Of a stretch of DNA of 64,000 nucleotides, positions 40,082-48,983 are shown one piece after another; the stretch's first letter is position 1; every line of letters starts with the position of its first letter. Source of the stretch: an uncultured Verrucomicrobiae bacterium (GTDB taxonomy: Bacteria > Verrucomicrobiota > Verrucomicrobiia > Chthoniobacterales > JAATET01); the NCBI GenBank assembly GCA_963719495.1, contig CAVRCI010000004.1, forward strand, positions 128,001-192,000, read 5' to 3'. Below the pieces are notes generated by a model. That model searched no databases. It was given only the letters and a program-made list of their open reading frames with translations, and was not told where the DNA came from. A program made the translations under genes and the position numbers.

Positions 40082-40933
40082 ATGAACCGACGGCGATTTC
40101 TACGGACGGCGGCCGGCCTGGCTCTCGGTGGTGGGCTGGTGGCACGAGCGGCTCGGACGGAGTCGTCGGTCTCGCGGGCGGGCGAGCGGGTGACGTTGGG
40201 AGCGACGGGGATCGAGGTGTCGCGGTTGGCGCTGGGGACGGGGTCGAACGGCTGGAACGGGCGGTCGAATCAGACGCGTCAATTGGGGATCGCGGGGGTG
40301 GCGGATCTTTTGGAGGAGGCGTTCGAGCGGGGGGTGAACTTCTGGGACGCGGCGGATCAATACGGGAGTCACCCGAATCTGGCGGCGGGATTGAAGCGGG
40401 TGCCGCGCGAGCAGGTGGTGATCCTGACGAAGTCGACGTCGGAGGACGCGGCGGGGATGCGGGCCGACATTGATCGATTCCGGAGGGAGTTGGGCACGGA
40501 CCGGATCGACGTTCTCCTTCTGCACTGCAAGACGAGTCCGAATTGGGTCGAGGAGTGCGCGGGGGCGATGGAGGTAATGAGCGACGCGAAGGAGCGGGGG
40601 ATCATCGGCGCGCACGGGGTGTCGTGTCATTCTTTCGCGGCGCTGGAGCTGGCGGCGCGGACGGATTGGGTGGACGTGGACCTGGCGCGGATCAATCCGG
40701 CGGGGGCGGTGATGGACGCGTCGCCGGAGCGGGTGCTGCCAGTGCTGGAGCGGATGCACGCTGACGGGAAGGGCGTGATCGGGATGAAGATCTTCGGCGC
40801 GGGGAAGTTGGTGAACCGGATGGACGAGTGCTTGCGCTACGTGATGGGGCAGGCGTGCGTGCCGACGTTTTCAATCGGGTGCGAGAGTCGGCGGGAGCTG
40901 CGCGAGGTGATGGCGGGGATCGAGCGGGCGTGA
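40082..40933 (+). CDS. Tat-exported aldo/keto reductase
   Basis: NRRRFL Tat signal, LGATGIEVSRLALGT, DAADQYGSH, GVSCHS, MKIFG. Confidence 0.9.
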   Translation: MNRRRFLRTAAGLALGGGLVARAARTESSVSRAGERVTLGATGIEVSRLALGTGSNGWNGRSNQTRQLGIAGVADLLEEAFERGVNFWDAADQYGSHPNLAAGLKRVPREQVVILTKSTSEDAAGMRADIDRFRRELGTDRIDVLLLHCKTSPNWVEECAGAMEVMSDAKERGIIGAHGVSCHSFAALELAARTDWVDVDLARINPAGAVMDASPERVLPVLERMHADGKGVIGMKIFGAGKLVNRMDECLRYVMGQACVPTFSIGCESRRELREVMAGIERA

Positions 40934-41823
40934 GGGCGGTCGGGTGGTTCGTGGGGGTTGGGCTGGCGATGGGGGTCGCGGATGGGCGGGCCGGGGTCGT
41001 GGCGGAAGGGGGCGAACTCGAGTTGGTCGCGGAGGGTTTCGATTTTACCGAAGGGCCGGCGACGAACTCGGCGGGCGAGGTGTTTTTTACGGATCAGCCG
41101 AACGATCGCATTCTCAGGGTGGGACTCGACGGGGAGGTGTCCGAGTTTCTGAGTCCGAGCGGGCGGGCGAACGGGATGTTTTTCGATGGGACGGGGGATC
41201 TTTGGGTGTGCGCGGACGCGGAGAACGAGTTGTGGCGGGTGAGTCCCGCGGGGGAGATCGAGGTGGTTGTGAGGGATTTTCGGGGGAAGCGGCTCAATGG
41301 GCCGAACGACGTGTGGGTGCGTCCGAGCGGCGGGCTTTACCTAACGGATCCGCTTTACGCGCGGGACTATTGGACGCGGGGGCCAAAGGAGCAGCCGACG
41401 GAAGGGGTGTATTTTCTGCCGGAGGGTGGGTCGGAAATGGTGCTGGTCGACGGGTCGCTGAAGAAGCCGAATGGCATCGTCGGGTCAGCGGATGGGACGA
41501 CGCTCTACGTCGCGGACATCGGAGCGAAAACGATTTACTCGTATCGGATCGAGGCCGATGGATCGCTCGCGGAGCGGGAATTTTTCTGCGCGCACGAGTC
41601 GGATGGACTGGCGCTCGACGACGAGGGGAACGTCTACGCGACCGGGCGGGACGGGGTGACCATCTACGGGCCGGACGGCGAGTTGCTGGAAACGATTACG
41701 GTGCCGCGAGGCTGGACGGCGAACGTGACGTTTGGCGGGGCGAACCGGGATCGGCTTTTTATCACTGCGTCGAAGGCGCTGTATTCGATCCCGATGCGCG
41801 TGCGGGACGGGTCGCGGCCTTGA
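40930..41823 (+). CDS. SMP-30/gluconolactonase family protein
   Basis: FTEGP, LNGPND, YLTDP, PNGI, SDGLALD, ANVTFGG. Confidence 0.9.
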   Translation: MRAVGWFVGVGLAMGVADGRAGVVAEGGELELVAEGFDFTEGPATNSAGEVFFTDQPNDRILRVGLDGEVSEFLSPSGRANGMFFDGTGDLWVCADAENELWRVSPAGEIEVVVRDFRGKRLNGPNDVWVRPSGGLYLTDPLYARDYWTRGPKEQPTEGVYFLPEGGSEMVLVDGSLKKPNGIVGSADGTTLYVADIGAKTIYSYRIEADGSLAEREFFCAHESDGLALDDEGNVYATGRDGVTIYGPDGELLETITVPRGWTANVTFGGANRDRLFITASKALYSIPMRVRDGSRP

Positions 41824-41873
41824 GCGGGGGCGTCCGGGTGGGACGCGGGGTCCGTTCCCTTTAATGAACTATC

Positions 41874-42386
41874 ATGGCTAAGAAAACCAACACCCCGAAG
41901 ACAAAGTCGAAAGAGAAAGTCGAAATTGGAATCACGCAGGCCAACCGAGACGGCGTGGTGAAACTGCTCTCTGCGGCTTTGGCCGACAATCACGTCCTCT
42001 ACATCAAGACGCGGAATCTGCATTGGAATCTCGTCGGTCCGCGCTTTCACAGCCTCCACGAATTCTACGAGGAGCAATACACCGAGATGGCGAAGAACAT
42101 CGACGCGATCGCGGAGCGAATCCGGATGGTGGGCGGCGCGGCTCCCGGGAGCATGGCGGAGTTTCTCAAGGCCGCTCGGTTGAAGGAGAAGGCGGGTGCG
42201 CGGATCGAGGGGACGGCAAGTTTGGAACTGCTGCTGGCCGACAACGAGGAGGTCGTTCGGTATCTGCGTGAGGCGATCGACGATTGCGAGGAGAAGTATG
42301 ACGACGTGGGGACGGCGGATTTTTTGACCGGGCTGATCCAGGTTCACGAAGAAGCTTCGTGGATGTTTCGGAGCTATTTGGAGTGA
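41874..42386 (+). CDS. dps: Dps ferritin-like protein (second copy)
   Basis: LYIKTRNLHWNLVGP.FHSLH..YEEQY, DAIAERIR, HEEASWMFRS. Confidence 0.92.
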   Translation: MAKKTNTPKTKSKEKVEIGITQANRDGVVKLLSAALADNHVLYIKTRNLHWNLVGPRFHSLHEFYEEQYTEMAKNIDAIAERIRMVGGAAPGSMAEFLKAARLKEKAGARIEGTASLELLLADNEEVVRYLREAIDDCEEKYDDVGTADFLTGLIQVHEEASWMFRSYLE

Positions 42387-42477
42387 GGTCGGCGCTGCCG
42401 AGTTGAGGTGGGCCGCGCGAGTTTGAAGTGAGCGGCTTTCAGCCGGTTTTGGTTGGTTATTGGCTGGAGGCGCAATT

Positions 42478-44787
42478 TCACGGCTTGTCGGTTGGGTGGA
42501 TGGCGACGGCGCAAGCTTTGTAGGCGGGTTGGCGGCTGGTGGGGTCGACCTCTTGGCGGGTGAGTTCGTTGGTGACGCCGTAGTGCATGGGGAGGAAAAT
42601 CTGGCCGGGCTGGACGACGGGGGTGACGCAGGCGCGGACGGTGATCGTGCCGCGGCGCGACGTGACGTTGACTTGGGACTCGGCGGCGATGCCAAGGTGG
42701 GCGGCGTCGGTGGGGTGGATCTCGACGTAGGGGTCGGCGGGGTAGAGTTTGCGGAGGACGTCGCTTTTGCCGGTGCGGGTCTGGGTGTGCCATTGGGAAG
42801 AGGTGCCGCGGCCGGTGAGCAGGGTGAAGGGGTAGTCGGCGTCGGGGGGTTCGGCGAGGGGGCGGGGGGATTCGAAGATGAAGCGGGCGCGGCCGTCGGG
42901 GTGATGAAAGCGCCCGTCTTCGAAGAGGCGGCGTTCTTTGGAAATGGGAAATTTGAAATGTGGAATGAGAAATGGAGCGTTCGAAATTTCTAATTTCTCA
43001 TTGGACATTTCTAATTCGGTCGGCTCTGCGACCGCTGGCCATTGGATGCCGCCTTCGGTGTCGAGGTGTTGGTAGTCGCGGATGCCGGAGATGTCGCAGG
43101 GTTGGCCGGCGAGCGCGCGTTTCATGATTTGGAAGGCGGCTTCGGGGTTGGTCCATTCACGGAAGAGGTCGCCGCAACCCCAGGTCTCGGCGAGGAGGCG
43201 GATGATGGAGAAGTCGCTGAGGGCCTGGCCGGGGGCGCGGCGGACCTTTTTCACGAGGCCGATGCGGCGCTCGGAATTGATGAAGGTGCCGTCTTTTTCG
43301 CCCCACCCAGCGGCGGGCAGGACGAGGTCGGCGAGTTGGGCCGTCTCGGTCGAGTGATACATGTCCTGGACGACGAGGTAGTCGAGTTTTTGGAGGAGCT
43401 TCTGGGCGCGCTTGGATTGGATCCACGAGTGGGCGGTGTTCGTCGCGATGACCCAGAGGCCTTTGATCTGGCCGGTCTCGATGCCGTCGATGATCTGGTC
43501 GTAGGCGAGGCAGTCATCGTGGGGGATGCGGTCGATGGGGATGCGGAGGGCGTCGGCGACCTTTTCGCGGTCGGCGGGATTCTGAAATTTGTGGCCGCCC
43601 AGGAGATTGGTCGTGCTGGAGAAGATGCGGGACCCCATGGCGTTGCACTGGCCGGTGATGGAATTCGCGCCGGTGCCGGGGCGGCCGAGGTTGCCGGTCA
43701 TGAGCGCGAGGTTGATGATGGCCTGGGCGGTGCGGGTGGCTTCGTGGCTTTGGTTGACGCCCATAGTCCACCAGAACGAGACGCGCTTCCCGGTGGCGAT
43801 GGTGTCGGCGAGGGCCGTGATCTGGGCGGCGGGGAGGCCGGTGGCGGTGGCGGTGGATTCGAGGGTGTAGGGGGAAAGAAAAGTGACGAAGTCACCGAAA
43901 CCGGTGGTGTGGGCGTCGATGTAGGGGCGGTCGATCTGGCCGCGGTCGGTGAGGAGTTTGGCGAGGCCGTAGAGGAGGGTGAGGTCGGATTTCGGCGCGA
44001 GCGCGACGTGGTCGGTAGCGGCCATCGCGGTCTCGGTGCGGCGGGGGTCGATGACGATGATGCGGGGGTTGTGCGGGTTGCGCATCACGCGCTGCCACAT
44101 GATGGGGTGGGCGACGCAGAGGTTGGAGCCGACGAGGACGATGACGTCGGACTCCTCGAAGTCGGCGTAGGCGTAGGGCGGGGCGTCGAAGCCGAAGGAC
44201 TCTTTGTAGGCGGAGACGGCCGTGGCCATACATTGGCGGGTGTTGCCGTCGCCGTGGCGGATGCCCATGCCGAACTTCGCGACGGCTCCGAGGAGGGCCA
44301 TTTCTTCGGAGACGATCTGGCCGGTGCTGAGGAAGGCGAGGCTGTCCGGACCGTGGTCGCGCTGGATGCGCTGGAAATTGTCGCGGAAGGAGGCGGCGGC
44401 GGTGGACCAGTCGGTCGGGGTGAGTTGGCCGGTGGTGGGATCGCGACGGAGCGGCGTGGTGGCGCGGTCGGGGGCGTCGAGGGCCGAGAGGGCTTCCCAG
44501 CCTTTCGGGCAGGCCATGCCAAGGTTGACGGGGTAGTCGGTGTCGGCGCTGAGGTTGATGGCTTCGCCGTCCTTGAGGTGAATGCGAAGGCCACAGCCGG
44601 TGGCGCAGTAGCCGCAGACGGCGGTGGTGGTGGCGTCGGGGGTGAGGCGGGTGGGGACGGAGCCGAGGCCGAAAGCGGCGGGGGATTGGACGAGGTCGGT
44701 CGTGAGGGGGCCGGTGCGGGGACGGAGGATGGAATGCGTCGAGAGTCGAGAGTCGAGAGTCGAGCGGAGTGAGGTGGCGATGGACAT
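42478..44787 (-). CDS. nasA: Assimilatory nitrate reductase catalytic subunit (Mo-bisMGD, 4Fe-4S)
   Basis: [34 protein letters not shown]...[13 protein letters not shown]; nitrate operon context. Confidence 0.85.
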   Translation of the reverse strand: MSIATSLRSTLDSRLSTHSILRPRTGPLTTDLVQSPAAFGLGSVPTRLTPDATTTAVCGYCATGCGLRIHLKDGEAINLSADTDYPVNLGMACPKGWEALSALDAPDRATTPLRRDPTTGQLTPTDWSTAAASFRDNFQRIQRDHGPDSLAFLSTGQIVSEEMALLGAVAKFGMGIRHGDGNTRQCMATAVSAYKESFGFDAPPYAYADFEESDVIVLVGSNLCVAHPIMWQRVMRNPHNPRIIVIDPRRTETAMAATDHVALAPKSDLTLLYGLAKLLTDRGQIDRPYIDAHTTGFGDFVTFLSPYTLESTATATGLPAAQITALADTIATGKRVSFWWTMGVNQSHEATRTAQAIINLALMTGNLGRPGTGANSITGQCNAMGSRIFSSTTNLLGGHKFQNPADREKVADALRIPIDRIPHDDCLAYDQIIDGIETGQIKGLWVIATNTAHSWIQSKRAQKLLQKLDYLVVQDMYHSTETAQLADLVLPAAGWGEKDGTFINSERRIGLVKKVRRAPGQALSDFSIIRLLAETWGCGDLFREWTNPEAAFQIMKRALAGQPCDISGIRDYQHLDTEGGIQWPAVAEPTELEMSNEKLEISNAPFLIPHFKFPISKERRLFEDGRFHHPDGRARFIFESPRPLAEPPDADYPFTLLTGRGTSSQWHTQTRTGKSDVLRKLYPADPYVEIHPTDAAHLGIAAESQVNVTSRRGTITVRACVTPVVQPGQIFLPMHYGVTNELTRQEVDPTSRQPAYKACAVAIHPTDKP
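42940..43017. repeat. 78-bp in-frame hairpin of inverted (GAAATNN)n arms inside nasA
   Basis: AT-rich; encodes [26 protein letters not shown]; same unit as 17731-17855 and 36731-36763. Confidence 0.85.
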
Positions 44788-44815
44788 GGCGTTTTAGTTA
44801 GCTAAGTCGTTGGCC

Positions 44816-44962
44816 ATGGAGACGAGGGTGAACGTGGCGGAGCCAATCCATCGTGATCCAGCGGATCGACTGCTGATCGTCACGGCGCGTCTCGGAGGTA
44901 TGACCCTGCTCACGACGGACGGCTTGATTCTTAAATATCCGCACGTGAGTTCGATGAGTTGA
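44816..44962 (+). pseudogene. C-terminal remnant of a VapC/PIN toxin, antisense within the operon
   Basis: ...IHRDPADRLLIVTARLGGMTLLTTDGLILKYPHV..; N-terminal PIN region absent. Confidence 0.65.
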
Positions 44963-46516
44963 TCAGGCGCCGCCCGGCATGCGGTGGGCAACGACCGTGG
45001 TGAAGAATTGGTGGCGTTCGAGTCCTTCGCTGAACGCGAGGAGAGCGAGGCCGAGCGCGGGAAGGACGGGAAGGAGGAGGATGCCAGCGGCTGCGGTCGC
45101 TAGGCGGATGATGACTTGGCGGTGGAGGGGGCCGCGGAGGAGCTGGGCGGAGAGGGAGTCGTGGGAGGGGTCGGCGGGGTCGGCTTTTGCGCGGAAGCGC
45201 GATTCCGCGAGGAGCTTGGCGCTGAGGATCAGCGCGGGGAGTAGGATCGCGATGGGGTTGAGCGCGGCGAATCCGGCGGTGGCGAAGAGGGCGACGGTGC
45301 CGTAGAAACGGAAGGCGGTGCGGGGTAGGCGCCAGAGTTCGCGGTGGGTGTCGGCGTAGACCATGACGGACGTGAAAACGCAGAGGAGTCCGTAAAGCGC
45401 GGCGGGGATGCCGACGAGTCGAGGAAAGAGGATGGCTCCGGCGACGAGGGGCGGGAGCGCGCCGAAGGCGACGACTTCGCGGCTGAGCCACGAGCGACGG
45501 AGGCCGAGGAAGACGCGCCAGGCTTTGAGGGGTTGGCCGAGGTGGAGGACGCTGGCGGTGAGGCCGATCATGAGCGCCGCAAGGGCGGCGCAGTTTATAG
45601 TTGAGAGTTTATAGTTGAGAGTTGGTGAGAGGGTGAAGGTTGCTGGCGAGATGGTTGCCGCGATCACCAAGCCGACGGCGACCTGGGTGAGGGTGAGCAT
45701 GAGGACGAGGGGGAGGTGGCTGTGCTCGAGGCGGGGGCGGTGGGCGTCGGCGCGGGTGGCGGTGGGGGGGATGTTTTTCTTGGTGACGTAGCGGGTGGTG
45801 GGTTGGGTGTAGCTGGACGTGATGATGCCCGGAATCAGCGGCTCCTCGACCCTCGACCCTCGACTTTCGACCTTCACAATCCGGATCGCTTCGGTTGGGC
45901 AGGCTTGGACGCAGGCCGGGGCTTCGCCGACCGATAGCCGTGAATGGCACATGTCGCATTTGCGGACGATGCCTTTTTTTTTCGAATACTTGGGGACGTC
46001 GTAGGGGCACTTGAGGCTGCAGTATTGGCAGCCGATGCATTGGTCGTCCAAGTGGCGGACGATGCCGGTGACTTCGTCCTTTTCGTAGGCGAGGACGGGG
46101 CAGCCGTTGGCGCAGGCGGGGTCGGCGCAGTGGTGGCAGGCCGTGGTGACGGTCTGCTGGTAGGCGATGCCTTCGGCTTCGCCGAGGAGCATCCCGACGT
46201 CGCGCCACGTTTCGTTTTCCTCGAGTCCGTTGAGACTGTGGCAGGCGGAGACGCAGGCTTTGCAGCCGGTGCATTTGTCGAGGTCGACTTCGAAGGCGTA
46301 TTGTTCGCCGGGGGAAGGCGCGGTGAGGGGAATGAGGTCGCGGTAGTGCCGGGCTTGGGTGGGCGTAGTGACGTCGGCGTGGTGCTGGGAGAAGCGCTCG
46401 GCGGCGGTGAGGTTGCGCTGGTCGGCGAGGAGTTTGTCGATGAGGGTAGGAGGAGGGGTTGGTTGTTGGTTGTTGGTTATTGGTGAATGCCGCTCCGCTG
46501 GGATGAGGGTGTTCAT
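44963..46516 (-). CDS. DmsB-like 4Fe-4S ferredoxin fused to a DmsC-like membrane anchor
   Basis: CTGCKACVSAC, CHHCADPAC..GCP, CIGCQYC..CPY, KCDMC..R..PACVQACP; SVLHLGQP..AWR...R.SWLSRE. Confidence 0.85.
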   Translation of the reverse strand: MNTLIPAERHSPITNNQQPTPPPTLIDKLLADQRNLTAAERFSQHHADVTTPTQARHYRDLIPLTAPSPGEQYAFEVDLDKCTGCKACVSACHSLNGLEENETWRDVGMLLGEAEGIAYQQTVTTACHHCADPACANGCPVLAYEKDEVTGIVRHLDDQCIGCQYCSLKCPYDVPKYSKKKGIVRKCDMCHSRLSVGEAPACVQACPTEAIRIVKVESRGSRVEEPLIPGIITSSYTQPTTRYVTKKNIPPTATRADAHRPRLEHSHLPLVLMLTLTQVAVGLVIAATISPATFTLSPTLNYKLSTINCAALAALMIGLTASVLHLGQPLKAWRVFLGLRRSWLSREVVAFGALPPLVAGAILFPRLVGIPAALYGLLCVFTSVMVYADTHRELWRLPRTAFRFYGTVALFATAGFAALNPIAILLPALILSAKLLAESRFRAKADPADPSHDSLSAQLLRGPLHRQVIIRLATAAAGILLLPVLPALGLALLAFSEGLERHQFFTTVVAHRMPGGA

Positions 46517-47169
46517 GACGAGGCGAGGGCCTCGGTGAGGAGGGCTTGGGCCTCGGGGGAGACGGGGATGGTCGCGGCGTGGGCGTGGCCGCTTGGTGAC
46601 ATTTTGGTCCAGGTTTTGCGGAGGATGTTGACGAGCTTTGTTCGGTCCGTTTTCTCGAGGAGGTCGTCGAGTTGCTGCTCGATGGTGACGAGGCAGAGGG
46701 CGTCTTCGAGGGTCTGGGTGTCGGGGTCCGTGCCGAGATTTTCCTTGAGGTTGAGCGAGCGGACGCGGTCGATGTCTTCGGTGTGATAGCCGACGTCGGC
46801 GAGGATGCCGGTGGTGAGATCGGCGTGGTAGCGCTTGAGATTCGCGCGCCACTTGAGGTAGCCGGCGCGGTTCATCGGGTAGGAGGCGCGAGGAACTCTC
46901 CAGCGGGCCACGTGTTGGCAGCGGGCGGCGAGAAGGAGGGGTTCGGACGGGGCGGGGTCGAGCTGGTGGACCCAATGGGTGAGGCGCTGGGAGTAGAAGA
47001 GTTCGAAGGGGATGGACTGGTGGTGGACCCGGATCGTGCGGGGGTCGCGGGCGTTTTCCTCGTCGATGCGGGAGATGGCCGTTGCGAGGAGATCGGGGCT
47101 TTCGGGTGAAGGCCACGGCTCGGCGGGAGCCTCGCCCTCCGGGTGGGTGGGTTTGGGTTCAATACACAT
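46513..47169 (-). CDS. DUF4202 family protein
   Basis: ID.ENARDP, EL.YS.R...W, LAARCQH..RW..PR..YP..RAGYLKWR, LEDALCLV. Confidence 0.8.
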   Translation of the reverse strand: MCIEPKPTHPEGEAPAEPWPSPESPDLLATAISRIDEENARDPRTIRVHHQSIPFELFYSQRLTHWVHQLDPAPSEPLLLAARCQHVARWRVPRASYPMNRAGYLKWRANLKRYHADLTTGILADVGYHTEDIDRVRSLNLKENLGTDPDTQTLEDALCLVTIEQQLDDLLEKTDRTKLVNILRKTWTKMSPSGHAHAATIPVSPEAQALLTEALASS

Positions 47170-48925
47170 CGCGTTGGTAGCGTTTGGTGCTTTCGAGGTT
47201 GGCGACGTAGGTGGCGGCTTCTTCTTCGGTTTTTCCTCCGGCGGTTTGGATGACGATGTGGAGGGCGGCGTCGACGTCTTTGGCCATGCGGCTGGCGTCG
47301 CCGCAGACGTAGAAGTGCGCGCCGTCTTCGAGCCAGGCCCAAAGTTCGGCGGCTTGCTCGATCATGCGGTGCTGGACGTAGATTTTTTCCGCTTGGTCGC
47401 GGGAGAAGGCGGTGTCGAGGCGGGTGAGGTGGCCGTTGGCGAGGAACTCTTCGAGTTCTTCTCGGTAGAGGAAATCGGTGGCGGCCTTTTGGTCGCCGAA
47501 GAGGAGCCAATTTTTGCCGGTGGCGCCGGTGGCTTTGCGGTCGTGGAGGAAGGCGCGGAAGGGGGCGATGCCGGTGCCGGGGCCGACCATGATCATGGGC
47601 GTCTCGGGCGACGGCGGGAGGCGGAAGCCTTTGGAGACCTGGATGAAGACGGGGACCGGGCCGGTGACGCGGTCGGAGAGGAAGGTGGAGCAGGCGCCTT
47701 TGCGCGGGCGGCCGAAGCTTTCGTAGCGGACGGCGGCGGTGGTGAGGTGGACCTGATCCGGGAACGCGCGGAGGCTGGAGGAGATGGAGTAGAGGCGGGG
47801 TTGGAGCTTGCGGAGGTGACCGACGAAGTCGGGGGGGGTGAAGGTGACGCCGGGGAAGTCGGCGAGGAGGTCGATCACTTCGCGGCCCCAGAGGTAGTGG
47901 GCAAGGGCTTCCTTGGCCTCCGGGACCAGGAGGTCGGCGAGGGTCTTGTCGGCGCTGCGCTCGGCGATGGCCTCGAGCAGTGGGGCGGGGATCTTGGTGA
48001 TCTCGTAGTCGCGGGTGAGGGCCTGGCGGAGGGGGGATTCGCCGCCGTCGGGGGTGGGGACGGCTTCCTCGCCGTCGCAATTGAGGGCATGGAGGATCTC
48101 GTCGACGGCGGTGGGGCAATTCGATGGGATGACGCCGAGGGCGTCGCCGACTTCGTAGGTGAGACCGGAGTCGGCGAGGGAGATCTCGAAGTGGCGGACT
48201 TCTTTGGCCGAAGCGGTGGCGGTGAGGAGGCGGTTGGTGAGCAGTTGGGCGGGGAAGGGGTTTTTGCGGCTGTGTTCGGCTGGCGGGGCTGTGATTGGTG
48301 ACTGGTGATTGGTGACTGGTGGGGTGACGGGTTCGCCGGAGGTGAGTTCCAGGCTGTCGAGGACGTTGAAGGTGGCTTCCTGCCAAGTGGCGGCGAGGTC
48401 TTCGTAGTCGACGTTGCAGTCGACTCGGTCGTAGATGCGGGTGGCACCGAGGCCGGCAAGGCGGGTGTCGAGGTCGACGCCGAATTTGCAAAATTCCTCG
48501 TAGTTGGTGTCACCGAGGGCGAGGACGGAGTAGCGGAAATTTTCGAGTCGGGGAGCGCTGTCGGCGATGAGTTCTTCGTGGAAGTCGTGGGCGTTGGCGG
48601 GCGGTTCGCCGTCGCCGAAGGTGCTGGTGACGAAGAGGGCGGCGGGGACGGTGGCGAGGTCGGCGACTTTGACTTTGTCCAGGCCGATGGCGGTGGACTC
48701 GTAGCCACGCTGCTTGGCAGCTTTGGCGATTTGTTTGGCGAGCGATTCGGAGTTGCCGCTTTCGGTGCCGAAGTAGATGGGGAGGGTCTTCTTCGGGGCT
48801 TCGACGGTGGCGGTGGCTGCGCCGGTGCCGCTGAACACGCCGGCGAGAAATCCGTTGAGCCAAGCGCGCTGCTCGGTCGAAAACGGGGCGCTGTCGGGGA
48901 TGAATGGGGCGGCTGAGGTGGTCAT
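47159..48925 (-). CDS. CysJ-like diflavin (FMN/FAD) NADPH reductase
   Basis: GTESGNSE, STFGDGEPP, PRLYSISSS, MVGPGTGIAPF, YVCGDA..MAKDV, RYQRDVY. Confidence 0.9.
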   Translation of the reverse strand: MTTSAAPFIPDSAPFSTEQRAWLNGFLAGVFSGTGAATATVEAPKKTLPIYFGTESGNSESLAKQIAKAAKQRGYESTAIGLDKVKVADLATVPAALFVTSTFGDGEPPANAHDFHEELIADSAPRLENFRYSVLALGDTNYEEFCKFGVDLDTRLAGLGATRIYDRVDCNVDYEDLAATWQEATFNVLDSLELTSGEPVTPPVTNHQSPITAPPAEHSRKNPFPAQLLTNRLLTATASAKEVRHFEISLADSGLTYEVGDALGVIPSNCPTAVDEILHALNCDGEEAVPTPDGGESPLRQALTRDYEITKIPAPLLEAIAERSADKTLADLLVPEAKEALAHYLWGREVIDLLADFPGVTFTPPDFVGHLRKLQPRLYSISSSLRAFPDQVHLTTAAVRYESFGRPRKGACSTFLSDRVTGPVPVFIQVSKGFRLPPSPETPMIMVGPGTGIAPFRAFLHDRKATGATGKNWLLFGDQKAATDFLYREELEEFLANGHLTRLDTAFSRDQAEKIYVQHRMIEQAAELWAWLEDGAHFYVCGDASRMAKDVDAALHIVIQTAGGKTEEEAATYVANLESTKRYQRDVY

Positions 48926-48983
48926 TCGTTAAGGGTTCTTAGTTGAGAGTTGTTAGTTGAGAGTGTGATTGCGGCTTCGTTGC

